In this document: positions 28,058 through 36,699 of the stretch, one piece after another
How positions within the stretch are numbered: the first letter of the stretch is position 1
Layout: each line of letters begins with the position of its first letter
Origin: Nanobdellati archaeon
GTDB lineage: Archaea; EX4484-52; WAPT01
NCBI GenBank assembly: GCA_015520605.1
Contig: WAPT01000024.1
Span: 12,645 to 76,644 of the forward strand
Length of the DNA stretch: 64,000 nt
Reading direction: 5' to 3'
Program-made: the position numbers and the translations under genes
The notes under the pieces: generated by a model
What the model was told of the DNA's origin: nothing
Seen by the model: only the letters and a program-made list of their open reading frames with translations
Database searches by the model: none

Positions 28058-28876
28058 ATGGCTGGGGCAAGAACATCTTCTTCATCTTTTGACATCAAGA
28101 TTCTTGAAAGTGATAATGGGAGGATAAGATTTGAGGTTAGCGGGATAAATCCGGCGATAGCTAACGCTATAAGGAGGGCAACGTATTCGGAAGTGTACGT
28201 TATGGCTATAGAGTATGTCGATATTGTCAAGAACACATCAGCCCTTTACAACGAGTTGCTTGCCCATAGAATAGGGCTCATACCTCTGACTTTTGACCCG
28301 CTTCGCTATACCCCCAGGGAGAAGTGTGACTGCAAAGGAGAAGGATGTATGAAGTGTCAGGTCAAACTCGTGTTGAAGAAGAAGGGCCCGTGTGTTGTTT
28401 ACGCTAGAGATCTTGAATCCACAAATCCGGATGTTAGGCCTGTCTATGGTGGTGAGATAATCGTCAAGCTGCTTGACGGTCAGGAAATAGAGCTGGAAGC
28501 GGTTGCAATACTCGATAAGGCTGATAGACACGCAAGATGGCAGAGTGCGGTTGTGGGTTATCAGTATTACCCTGTCATTGAGAGCGAGGAGCTTGATGGC
28601 AATGCTAATGCATCAAAGCTCTGCCCAAAGGGGGCTCTGGAGATAAAGGATGGCAAAGCTGTAGTGAAAGATCCTTACCTCTGCGACCTCTGCGGACTAT
28701 GTGAGGAGAGATCTAATGGTAAAATAAAGGTTGTAGGTGACCCCTCAAGAATCATATTCAACATAGAAAGTGTTTGTGGTCTCACCCCTGCACAGATAGT
28801 GTTGAGTGCTATCAACGGGATAAGGGAAAGACTGCAGGAGTTTGAAAATCAATTTAAAGCTCAGCTTAAAAAGTAA
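28058..28876 (+). CDS. rpoD: DNA-directed RNA polymerase subunit D (Rpo3) with a 4Fe-4S cluster domain.
   Basis: Conserved position after S11 and the cysteine cluster CDLCGLCEE. Confidence 0.9.
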   Translation: MAGARTSSSSFDIKILESDNGRIRFEVSGINPAIANAIRRATYSEVYVMAIEYVDIVKNTSALYNELLAHRIGLIPLTFDPLRYTPREKCDCKGEGCMKCQVKLVLKKKGPCVVYARDLESTNPDVRPVYGGEIIVKLLDGQEIELEAVAILDKADRHARWQSAVVGYQYYPVIESEELDGNANASKLCPKGALEIKDGKAVVKDPYLCDLCGLCEERSNGKIKVVGDPSRIIFNIESVCGLTPAQIVLSAINGIRERLQEFENQFKAQLKK

Positions 28877-28889
28877 GGCTGTGCTCTGT

Positions 28890-29030
28890 GCAGGGGTGGC
28901 CGAGAGGTCAAAGGCGCCGGACTTAAGAGGCCTGTCATCCTGCTAAGAAATCCGGTGGGCGCAGGCCCGTCGTGGGTTCGAAGCACTCCTGCACGAGGCA
29001 GGAGTGTCGAGATTCCCACCCCCTGCACCA
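28890..29030 (+). tRNA. tRNA-Leu (anticodon TAA) with two putative introns: ~22 nt in the anticodon loop and ~31 nt in the T-loop.
   Basis: Acceptor GCAGGGG/CCCCTGC, discriminator A, encoded CCA. Anticodon stem CCGGA...TCCGG has loop CTTAAG interrupted by AGGCCTGTCATCCTGCTAAGAA. The long variable arm marks it as type II. The T-stem GTGGG/CCCAC encloses the loop TTCGA plus an inserted hairpin (CACTCCTGC-ACGAG-GCAGGAGTG) plus TT. Confidence 0.7.
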
Positions 29031-29061
29031 ATCGAAATAATTCACCGAAGGTGAAAACACC

Positions 29062-29427
29062 ATGAAGCCAACAGGTCCGACAAATCCTGTACTCAGAAGC
29101 CTGATAAGAACGCTAATAAAGGCCAGCCGTGAGAATAAAGCACCCATTTGGAGGGCGGTTGCTGAGGAGCTGGAAAGACCGAGGAGAGTCAAGAAGCCCG
29201 TTAATGTGGGCAAGCTTGAGAGATACTGCCGGGAGGGAGAGGTTGTTGTTGTACCTGGTAAGCTCTTGGGAGGGGGTGTACTTACAAAAAAAATCACAGT
29301 AGCATCTTTCCAGGTATCTCCCCTTGCCATAAAGAAGCTGGAGAAAGCGGGAGGGAGGTGGATGAGTATTGAGGGGCTTATAAAGGAAAATCCCACCGGC
29401 AGCAACGTGAGGGTAATGAAAGGGTGA
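29062..29427 (+). CDS. rpl18e: Ribosomal protein eL18.
   Basis: L18e N-terminal signature (PTNPVLRSLIR) and its position before L13. Confidence 0.9.
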   Translation: MKPTGPTNPVLRSLIRTLIKASRENKAPIWRAVAEELERPRRVKKPVNVGKLERYCREGEVVVVPGKLLGGGVLTKKITVASFQVSPLAIKKLEKAGGRWMSIEGLIKENPTGSNVRVMKG

Positions 29428-29849
29428 GTCTAATGATAGTTATAGATGCTACCGATACAATCCTTGGGAGGATGGCGTCATTTGCTGCTAAGAAGGCTCT
29501 GGAAGGAGAGACTATAGTCATAGTTAACGCTGAGAAGGCGGTTATTAGCGGTAATAAAAACAACATAAAGAGGAAATACAAAACGAGGAGGGAAGTTGGC
29601 GACAGGTACAAGGGTCCGTTCTTTCCCAGGATGCCTGATAGAATAGTCAGGAGAGCCATAAGGGGTATGCTTCCTCACAAGACAAGGAGAGGTAGAGAAG
29701 CTTACAGGAGGGTTAAGGTTTTCATCGGCGTGCCCAAAGAGTTTGAGAACGCTGAGAAACTCAGACTCGAGTGGACTGTTGATAAACTGAAGCACAGAAA
29801 ATATATAACAGTCGAGGAGCTCACAAGATGGCTGGGTGCAAGGTGGTGA
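29424..29849 (+). CDS. rpl13: Ribosomal protein uL13.
   Basis: L13 signature. Confidence 0.92.
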   Translation: MSLMIVIDATDTILGRMASFAAKKALEGETIVIVNAEKAVISGNKNNIKRKYKTRREVGDRYKGPFFPRMPDRIVRRAIRGMLPHKTRRGREAYRRVKVFIGVPKEFENAEKLRLEWTVDKLKHRKYITVEELTRWLGARW

Positions 29850-29853
29850 TCTC

Positions 29854-30261
29854 ATGAAGCCGTTCGTCACAGTCGGTAAGAGAAAAACCGCGGTAGCAAG
29901 AGTATATGTTAAGGGAGGTAATGGTATAATCAGGATAAACAAGGTGCTGCTCAATATTTACAAACCGGAGCTGCTGAAGCTTAGAATAATGGAGCCTATC
30001 ATATTGGCTGGAGAGGATAAAATAAAGAACGTTGACATAGATGTCGTGGTGCAGGGAGGTGGAATAAACGCTCAGGCAGAAGCGGCAAGACAGGCTATAG
30101 CAAGAGCCATAGTCAGGTTAACGAAAAGCGAGACAATAAAGAGAAAGTTCCTCGAGTATGACAGGAGCATGTTGGTTTATGATCCAAGAAGGACAGAACC
30201 CCACAAGCCGTCAAGATCCAAGAAGGGTGCAAGGAGAATCAGACAGACGAGCTACAGGTGA
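29854..30261 (+). CDS. rps9: Ribosomal protein uS9. The track start at 29836 is possible.
   Basis: S9 C-terminal RR.QTSYR motif. Confidence 0.92.
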   Translation: MKPFVTVGKRKTAVARVYVKGGNGIIRINKVLLNIYKPELLKLRIMEPIILAGEDKIKNVDIDVVVQGGGINAQAEAARQAIARAIVRLTKSETIKRKFLEYDRSMLVYDPRRTEPHKPSRSKKGARRIRQTSYR

Positions 30262-30305
30262 TGAATACACCCTCTTCATTCCATTTCCTTGTGAGGTGTT
30301 TCGAG

Positions 30306-30542
30306 ATGATCATTCCCATAAGGTGCTTTTCATGCGGTAAGGTGCTTGCCGATAAGTGGGAGAAGTTTCAGGAAGAGATTAAAAAGGGTAAGGAACCAGC
30401 GGAGGTTCTTGATGAACTGGGGATAACAAGATACTGCTGCAGGACAGTGATGATTACCCATAAGGATTTCATAGATGAGATAGCAAAATACAGAAGATTT
30501 CTTTTACCTGCAGAAGAAAGGGAGGGTGCGGGGAAGAAATAA
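30306..30542 (+). CDS. rpoN: RNA polymerase subunit N (Rpo10) with a short C-terminal extension.
   Basis: N-terminus MIIPIRCFSCGKV...RYCCR, the Rpb10 Zn-bundle. Confidence 0.85.
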   Translation: MIIPIRCFSCGKVLADKWEKFQEEIKKGKEPAEVLDELGITRYCCRTVMITHKDFIDEIAKYRRFLLPAEEREGAGKK

Positions 30543-30593
30543 AGGTGAAGTCTTTAAATAATTTCTATTTATTTATTTTCTTAACATTCTCTC

Positions 30594-30667
30594 GCCCCCG
30601 TAGTCTAGTCAGGCAAGGATATCGGCCTCTCGAGCCGATGGCCCGGGTTCAAATCCCGGCGGGGGCA
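30594..30667 (+). tRNA. tRNA-Glu (anticodon CTC).
   Basis: Acceptor GCCCCCG/CGGGGGC, anticodon arm TCGGC-CTCTCGA-GCCGA, T-arm CCGGG-TTCAAAT-CCCGG. CCA is not encoded. Confidence 0.8.
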
Positions 30668-30717
30668 TACATTTTTAGATTTAGAAAATAAAAATATACA
30701 AAAAATAAAAAAATCCA

Positions 30718-31302
30718 TTAGAACTCTTCACACCTGAATTGGAAATAGTTATATGGATGCTCACAGGAAGGGCATTTGGCTGGGGGCTCTGCGCCCACAT
30801 GAACGTAACCGCACTTTCTGCAGACCCATACGACTTCTTTACCTCTCTTGAAGAATTTACCTTCCCTCACGAGCTCCAGCAACTTTCTGTATCTTTCTTC
30901 ATGATGTTCTTCAGCCTTGGCTATGGCTCTGAGTCTCTCTGCAATGTCCTTCAGGCCTTCTTCTTCTGCAACTCTGGCAAATTCGGGATACATTTCAGCA
31001 TTCTCGTAATGTTCACCTTCTATGGCTGCCTGTAAATTCTGGATAGTGTCTCCGATAACAAGCGGGGCTTCAACCTCAACCCTCATACTGCTTACGCTCT
31101 TGTCGGATTTCTTCAACAATTCCTGGATCATGGTCATGAGCCACTTTGCATGCTCCCTCTCGTTTTCAGCCGTTATCTCAAAAATTTCTGCAATCTGTTC
31201 GTATCCCTCTCTCTTAGCGATTTTGGCATACATACTGTAACGGTTTCTTGCCTGACTCTCTCCTATGAATGCCTTAACGAGGTTCTCCAGAGTTCTTTCC
31301 AT
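30718..31302 (-). CDS. rbr: Rubrerythrin (ferritin-like diiron domain plus a C-terminal rubredoxin-like CxxC...CxxC domain).
   Basis: EGE.YENA / E..H motifs and C-terminal CRKCG...CPSCEHP. Confidence 0.9.
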   Translation of the reverse strand: MERTLENLVKAFIGESQARNRYSMYAKIAKREGYEQIAEIFEITAENEREHAKWLMTMIQELLKKSDKSVSSMRVEVEAPLVIGDTIQNLQAAIEGEHYENAEMYPEFARVAEEEGLKDIAERLRAIAKAEEHHEERYRKLLELVREGKFFKRGKEVVWVCRKCGYVHVGAEPPAKCPSCEHPYNYFQFRCEEF

Positions 31303-31387
31303 TTCACATCACCTTTTCGAAAATTTTGGTTTTTATTATAAACATAAAATGCAAAGATTTAAAAAATTTAAGTTCGATATACGAACT

Positions 31388-31819
31388 ATGCGAAAAATAA
31401 ACGACAAGCTGCTGGTAAGGGTATTGATAAGGAATCCGCGTCTTCCCAACACTGCGATAGCAAAGCTATTTGGTGTTAGTGAAGCGGCGGTACGAAAAAA
31501 AATCGAAAAACTTGAGAACGATGGTACTGTCATAGGATACACAACGATCGTTGATCCAACGAAGGCGGGGCTTGCAATTTCTTATACGGGCATAGACGTC
31601 AGGCCAGAAAAGATGATGGAAATTTACGAAAAACTTCAAGAACTCAGGGAGGCCGAGGTGATATTTTTAACTTCAGGAGATCACAACATTCTGGTTAAAC
31701 TAGTGTGTAACAGTATGAATGAGCTTATGGAAGTGCACAAAAGGATAGAGAAGATGAACGGTGTGACGAGAGTATGCCCCGCTGTCATCACAAGTGTCTG
31801 GAAGAGAGGCCGGAAGTGA
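31388..31819 (+). CDS. Lrp/AsnC-family transcriptional regulator.
   Basis: N-terminal HTH (DKLLVRVLIRNPRLPNTAIAKLFGVSEAAVRKKIEKLENDG) and a C-terminal RAM domain. Confidence 0.85.
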   Translation: MRKINDKLLVRVLIRNPRLPNTAIAKLFGVSEAAVRKKIEKLENDGTVIGYTTIVDPTKAGLAISYTGIDVRPEKMMEIYEKLQELREAEVIFLTSGDHNILVKLVCNSMNELMEVHKRIEKMNGVTRVCPAVITSVWKRGRK

Positions 31820-32451
31820 TAAGAGCGATCCGCGAAAGAATCTTGAGGTTTCTGGAACTCGGAAAAAAAGGTAAAACGTGGTTCGATTTCAAACCTTACT
31901 GTGAAATCGAGTTCGAGTCATCCACAGCATCGGAGCTTGTATTCTGTATTTCAGCTGCAAATTCGTCAGCAATTTCGGCGCTCAAACTTCAGCAAAAGAT
32001 ATACGAGAAAGGTATTGATATGAAAGATGAGAAATGGATTATGGAGTTGATGAAGGAGTGTGGTGTGAGGTTTTACAGAAGAAAAACAAAGTATGTAATA
32101 AGTGCCTTGGAAAGGCTGGAGGAAATTGAGGGGATAATCGGGACTTATGATCCCGTTTTGGCCAGAGAGTGGCTGGTGTTGAACGTAAAAGGGTTGGGTT
32201 ATAAAGAGGCCAGCCACTTTTTAAGAAATACTGGTAAGTTTGATGTTGCTATAATCGACAGACACACACTTAGATGGATGGAGAAAGAGAATTACATACC
32301 TTCTTTCATAAAGCCCGTTAACCCTTCCAGACGCAGAGACTACTTTTTGCTGGAAAAATTGCTCGCGGGTATCGCACACTATCAGAACATGTCTGTGGGG
32401 GAACTTGATCTCCTTATCTGGTGGCACGCTACAAAGAAAGTGTTGAAATAA
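31774..32451 (+). CDS. Archaeal Ogg2-type N-glycosylase/DNA lyase (HhH-GPD).
   Basis: KGLGYKEASHFLRNTG...DVAIIDRHTLRWM matches the HhH-GPD motif of Ogg2. The start is uncertain because the gene overlaps the end of the Lrp gene. Confidence 0.75.
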   Translation: MPRCHHKCLEERPEVIRAIRERILRFLELGKKGKTWFDFKPYCEIEFESSTASELVFCISAANSSAISALKLQQKIYEKGIDMKDEKWIMELMKECGVRFYRRKTKYVISALERLEEIEGIIGTYDPVLAREWLVLNVKGLGYKEASHFLRNTGKFDVAIIDRHTLRWMEKENYIPSFIKPVNPSRRRDYFLLEKLLAGIAHYQNMSVGELDLLIWWHATKKVLK

Positions 32452-32455
32452 TTCT

Positions 32456-32531
32456 GGTGGACCGGCCGGGATTTGAACCCGGGGTCTCCGCCTTGCGAAG
32501 GCGGCGTCCTTCCAGGCTAGACTACCGGCCC
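32456..32531 (-). tRNA. tRNA-Ala (anticodon CGC).
   Basis: Minus-strand cloverleaf with acceptor GGGCCGG/CCGGTCC and the G3:U70 identity pair. Anticodon arm CCGCC-TTCGCAA-GGCGG, and an encoded CCA. Confidence 0.85.
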
Positions 32532-32658
32532 ATTGCGACAGGATTATGTGGTAGACTTTATTTAAATTTTTATTTTTAGAAAATAATCAGGAGAAATTTC
32601 CCATAAACAAAAAGAAAAATAAAAATGGAAAAATCATAGAAATTATTTTTATACTAGA

Positions 32659-32964
32659 TCAATCTTCGATGTAGTATGCGTAATAAAGAGTCTCCGCTTC
32701 ATCTGGCCTTAGTGGTGCGTTCCAGTCTTTGCTATCTATGATGTGCTTAAGAACAGCCCCTATAATTTCTTCAAGGTCGATAATATCCATACACGCTTTC
32801 CCTGAGTTTATCACTCCTGCTCTTTTCCCGTACTCCAACAGTTCTTGTATTTGTTCCCTAGACAATTCTACTAGAATCCCTATCCAGTCGAACCCCGGAA
32901 TTTTCTTTCTCCTACTTATCTCACCTTTTTCCATTTCCAGATCTCTTCCGCTCCCGACCATCAC
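32659..32964 (-). CDS. Hypothetical protein (101 aa).
   Basis: ORF-track protein only; it lies in an AT-rich, ORF-poor stretch. Confidence 0.35.
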   Translation of the reverse strand: MMVGSGRDLEMEKGEISRRKKIPGFDWIGILVELSREQIQELLEYGKRAGVINSGKACMDIIDLEEIIGAVLKHIIDSKDWNAPLRPDEAETLYYAYYIED

Positions 32965-33113
32965 CTCACCTCCCCAAACTCAACAATGACTTCTCCTTCG
33001 GGTTATGGTATATTCTACACACCACATATTCGTCTGTCTCACACAACTTCATTCCGGCTTTCGGACAACAACATCTAAACGGACACATTTCTTCACCTCC
33101 TTTCACAAAACCC

Positions 33114-33155
33114 GCGGCCGCCCGGACTCGAACCGGGAAAACACCTTTCGGCCGC
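33114..33155 (-). other. tRNA-like minihelix: a 7-bp acceptor-like stem directly joined through an 11-nt linker to a canonical T-arm, with no D or anticodon arms. Possibly a tRNA remnant, a split/half-tRNA-related element, or an integration-site relic.
   Basis: The minus strand reads GCGGCCG-AAAGGTGTTTT-CCCGG-TTCGAGT-CCGGG-CGGCCGC. The stems are perfectly complementary and the T-loop is of TTCRAnT type. Confidence 0.4.
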
Positions 33156-33305
33156 ATTTGGGACAAGCAGAAAGAGAAATACCGCTACCGATTTATCCCA
33201 TAAAATCCCCACAGACATTCGCATTATCTATCCTTATTCATTCTCATATCTGTTTTACAACAGAGAAGTAGGTAACTATGGAGAAGTAGGTAACTATGAA
33301 AAACT

Positions 33306-33773
33306 TTAAAGCTTTTTGATCCGCCTGGCTTTCGGTATGAGGTTTTTGATAAACCTTCCCTGCTTGAGCCCTATACCGAGAATGTGTTCCTTGTATTTTA
33401 AAATCACGTAACCATCTTCAGCATCGCACTCAATATCGTAGAGATTGAGGCCACAGAGAACATCGTGCACTTTACCCTCACTTACTTCTACAACATTTTT
33501 TGTTGCATGCATGCCGAACATCTGTGCACCGTTCGTTGTTAGCTTTATTCGTTCCTTCTTCTTCTCCCATCTTAGGAACAACATTCCCACAGCTTCTACA
33601 TTCAGACCGGAGAAGTTCTTATCCACAACATCCCTGTTTGTTATCCAGATTTTCCTTCCACTCTTGACAAAAACGTAGTCCTCGAAGAGTTCTTTCTTCA
33701 AACCAAATCTCTCCTCCAGATACTTCAACATTTCTCCCTTTTCCTCCTCACTCATTATTTTAAGCTTGCTCAT
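33306..33773 (-). CDS. PUA/pre-PUA-like small protein, encoded downstream of a NOL1/NOP2/Sun methyltransferase. It may be a split C-terminal domain.
   Basis: 155-aa protein. Its stop lies 6 nt before the start of the methyltransferase gene, and similar domains are fused to archaeal Trm4/NOL1 proteins. Confidence 0.5.
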   Translation of the reverse strand: MSKLKIMSEEEKGEMLKYLEERFGLKKELFEDYVFVKSGRKIWITNRDVVDKNFSGLNVEAVGMLFLRWEKKKERIKLTTNGAQMFGMHATKNVVEVSEGKVHDVLCGLNLYDIECDAEDGYVILKYKEHILGIGLKQGRFIKNLIPKARRIKKL

Positions 33774-33779
33774 CTCCCA

Positions 33780-34715
33780 TCACTCTTTTCTCAGCCTCGC
33801 AACAAAAAACCCCTCACTGTTATTGTCCTGAGGCCAAATACGCAAGCAGTTCTTCACACTCTTATCGAATTCCTGCCCCTCCCATTCCAGTATTCCGTGC
33901 CGTGCTTTAAGACCCCTGACCTTAACTTTTTCAACCACCAGTCCATGCTTCCTTACAGCATAATCCACTACAGCTTCATTTTCCTCTGGCGCCATCGTAC
34001 AGGTTGAGTATACAAGCACATCTCCTCTCTTTAAAGTTACGGCAGCAGCATCTATCAACCTCTTTTGAAGTCGTGCCATCTCCTTTATAAAACGAATGTT
34101 CCACCTCGAAAATGCCTTCCAATCTTTCCTCATTATGCCCTCTGATGAGCACGGAGCATCAAGCAATACCTTATCAAAACGCTCCCTGAACTTTATGAAC
34201 CTCCTGCCATCCATTCTCGTCACAACCGCGTTTATTACGCCAAGCTTCTCGAGGTTGAAGCGCAGAATCTTAATTCTCTGAATCTGAATGTCGTTGGCAA
34301 CTATGCACCCTTTGTTCCTCATCATCTCTGCCATCTGTGTTGTTTTTGAGCCCGGTGCAGCCGCTAAATCAAGCACGAAGTCCCCTTCCTCTGGTTGTAG
34401 TACAACAGGTGGAATCATCGATGAGGCTTCCTGAACGTAAAAGTATCCCATGAAATGCTCGAGTGTGTTGCCGAGCTGCTCCTCGTTTCTGTTCTCCACC
34501 CAGAAACCATTCTCATACCAAGGCACGGGTTTGAGCTCCCAGCCTTTTGCCTCTAACATCCTGAGACACTTCTCCCTCTCGATCTTCAGAGTGTTTATCC
34601 TGATACTTTTCCTCAGTGGCTTTAAACAATACTCTACCAGGGTTTTTACCTCATCCCCTAAAATTCGTCTGTACCTTTCCCTGAAAAGCCGCGGGACATT
34701 TATTTTGTGGGTCAT
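33780..34715 (-). CDS. NOL1/NOP2/Sun-family RNA (cytosine-C5)-methyltransferase.
   Basis: SAM-binding motif DLAAAPGSKT and catalytic motifs DAPCS / TCT (TCTMAPEENE). Confidence 0.88.
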   Translation of the reverse strand: MTHKINVPRLFRERYRRILGDEVKTLVEYCLKPLRKSIRINTLKIEREKCLRMLEAKGWELKPVPWYENGFWVENRNEEQLGNTLEHFMGYFYVQEASSMIPPVVLQPEEGDFVLDLAAAPGSKTTQMAEMMRNKGCIVANDIQIQRIKILRFNLEKLGVINAVVTRMDGRRFIKFRERFDKVLLDAPCSSEGIMRKDWKAFSRWNIRFIKEMARLQKRLIDAAAVTLKRGDVLVYSTCTMAPEENEAVVDYAVRKHGLVVEKVKVRGLKARHGILEWEGQEFDKSVKNCLRIWPQDNNSEGFFVARLRKE

Positions 34716-35314
34716 AATCTGACTTCCCTCACCTCTCCTTTCTCAAGCTCCACAAGGTATATTTTTCTGGATGGTGTTGCGGCACAGTTAACAAAGATCG
34801 TATTATTCTTTATGATATATCCGTTATCCTCATGTATGTGCCCGAAAGCATGCAAAATTGGCTTTGCTCTCTGATCAAACTCAAGATAACCTTCATAACC
34901 CACATGCTCGTTTGACCATATCCTGTCCAATATGCTTTTGGGAGGATAATGTGTAACGAAAACAAGCCTACTGCTATCTATTCCCTTCACATCACTTAGA
35001 GCCTCATCAAGTGAGAATGGATAGGTCGCGCTAACAAGCAGAAAGCGATACCCCCCTATCCTTCTCAGCCCGTAGATGACAATCTCAGCCTTCTTTCCTT
35101 CATACACGAAGCCCATATCAAGATTACCACAGACTGCAAGAGCATAAACACCGGTCTCATTTTCAACTCTGCTGAGCAGTTCTTCTGCATAGCTCTGAAA
35201 CACGAAATCTCCGCAGTAAAGGAAGACATCAACATCATGCTTCTGGATGGCATCGATCGTACTGTCTATAAAGTGGTGGTTACCGTGATAATCCGAAGCG
35301 CACAGCACTCTCAT
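34712..35314 (-). CDS. Metallophosphoesterase (calcineurin-like).
   Basis: Motifs DYHGN...GDFV...GNLD...GHIHE. The start is assigned at MRVLCASD. Confidence 0.8.
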   Translation of the reverse strand: MRVLCASDYHGNHHFIDSTIDAIQKHDVDVFLYCGDFVFQSYAEELLSRVENETGVYALAVCGNLDMGFVYEGKKAEIVIYGLRRIGGYRFLLVSATYPFSLDEALSDVKGIDSSRLVFVTHYPPKSILDRIWSNEHVGYEGYLEFDQRAKPILHAFGHIHEDNGYIIKNNTIFVNCAATPSRKIYLVELEKGEVREVRL

Positions 35315-35364
35315 CTCACTCACCGTAATATTTTCTTGAAAAATCAATAGCATAGATAGATGGT

Positions 35365-35952
35365 TCAGAAAGCGCCGATATTCTCGAGTTTTTTCCTGAG
35401 CTTCTGCACGGCCCTCTTCACTTCATCAAGCGATCTTGCGCCTGTGCACACAAGTCTGCCGGAGTTGAAAATCAGGAAAACCACGCGTGGTTCTTCCATC
35501 CTGTGCACAAGCCCGGGAAACTGCTCCGGCTCGTACTCACAATCTTCGAGTTCATAAACTATTTTGTTGAGGTCAAACCTGGACTTGAGGTTTGCTGATG
35601 CTACCAGATTCTCAACCTTGAGCTCTGGCTCTCCTTTTATTTCGATTCCTATTTTCTTGAGATCTTCTATCACTTTCTTTATAGCCTCCATCGCTATGTC
35701 CTTGGACCTTGTTCCCGCACAGATTATCTTACCGGTGGTGAATATGAGCAGAGAGGCTTTAGGCTCTTTTATTCTGTAAACAAGTCCCGGAAAGCTTTCA
35801 GGCTCGTATTCTGCCCCCTCAAACTCCATCGCTATCTTTTCCAGTGGGAGCTTGGTTTTGAGATCGGCAGACACAACAACGTTCTCTATCTTTATCTCAT
35901 CTTCTCCTATAACTTCCCCTGCCTTGAAATCCTCGCTTTCTTTTTTTGTCAT
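35365..35952 (-). CDS. tbp: TATA-box binding protein.
   Basis: Two direct TBP repeats (NVVVSADL... / NLVASANL...) preceded by a short acidic N-terminal extension. Confidence 0.92.
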   Translation of the reverse strand: MTKKESEDFKAGEVIGEDEIKIENVVVSADLKTKLPLEKIAMEFEGAEYEPESFPGLVYRIKEPKASLLIFTTGKIICAGTRSKDIAMEAIKKVIEDLKKIGIEIKGEPELKVENLVASANLKSRFDLNKIVYELEDCEYEPEQFPGLVHRMEEPRVVFLIFNSGRLVCTGARSLDEVKRAVQKLRKKLENIGAF

Positions 35953-36096
35953 GTGAGCATCACCCAGTATCTTTAAATTTCATGTGTATCTTTAAATGTT
36001 TATTTGTTTTAAATTGTGATCATCAAAAAGTAACAAAAAATTTAAATAGTTTAGCCGACCATTATAATAACAACAAGACTTGGGGGTGATCGTAAA

Positions 36097-36402
36097 ATGA
36101 GTTCTTTGGAGAGACCTAATGAAGTGATTAGGAAGGAAAGAAATAAAGCATATCAAGAGCTTAAGGAAATTTACACTCTCCTTAAAATTCTTTCAAGGTC
36201 GGGAGGAGAGGACGTAGGAGATGGAGAGTCCATTATGGACCATGTGAACAAGAGACTGAGGTATGTTAGTTCAGTGTACGGATTTCCGACTCCTCAGCCA
36301 AAAACCCCACAGCAGGCTTTGGAAGTAGCAGAACTCTACATAGACATGATAAGAAAGAAGCAGGAACAGCTGTGCGCAAAATACGGCATTGACAGAATTT
36401 AA
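36097..36402 (+). CDS. Hypothetical protein (101 aa).
   Basis: ORF track only; the gene is divergent from tbp. Confidence 0.4.
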   Translation: MSSLERPNEVIRKERNKAYQELKEIYTLLKILSRSGGEDVGDGESIMDHVNKRLRYVSSVYGFPTPQPKTPQQALEVAELYIDMIRKKQEQLCAKYGIDRI

Positions 36403-36452
36403 TATAGTGTGGTTGAAATTTCTTGTTTTATTATTTTCTTCGAGAAATCTAA

Positions 36453-36614
36453 TCAACCTTGCAATAACTTCAAAATCTCCCCTTTGGCAAGTTTAACGTC
36501 CCTTATGGTGAGCTCCTCCCCGCAGATGTCGCACACACCTTTCTGACGGCCCCATTTCCATTCGAACGTACCTCCACATTTAGAACATATTACCTTAACG
36601 TATATGACCAAGGA
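36453..36614 (-). CDS. Possible small Zn-ribbon protein downstream of hypD. It would need a non-ATG (GTG) start.
   Basis: The C-terminal segment VICSKCGGTF...CDICGEEL of track ORF 36453..36782. The N-terminal part of that ORF overlaps the hypD coding region and contains no internal Met. Confidence 0.2.
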   Translation of the reverse strand, partial: SLVIYVKVICSKCGGTFEWKWGRQKGVCDICGEELTIRDVKLAKGEILKLLQG

Positions 36615-36699
36615 TCTCACCTCTCGACTATCCGGGACGGAGCACTTTATGATATGTTGACATATTGTGAGTCTAAAAACCTTTATATAAGTTACAGTT

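Noticed and set aside
32966-33166. 66-aa minus-strand ORF covering the tRNA-like minihelix.
   Set aside because: Its open frame arises from the GC-rich palindromic RNA-like structure (it encodes ...RVRAAAGFV...). There is no Shine-Dalgarno and the composition is odd.
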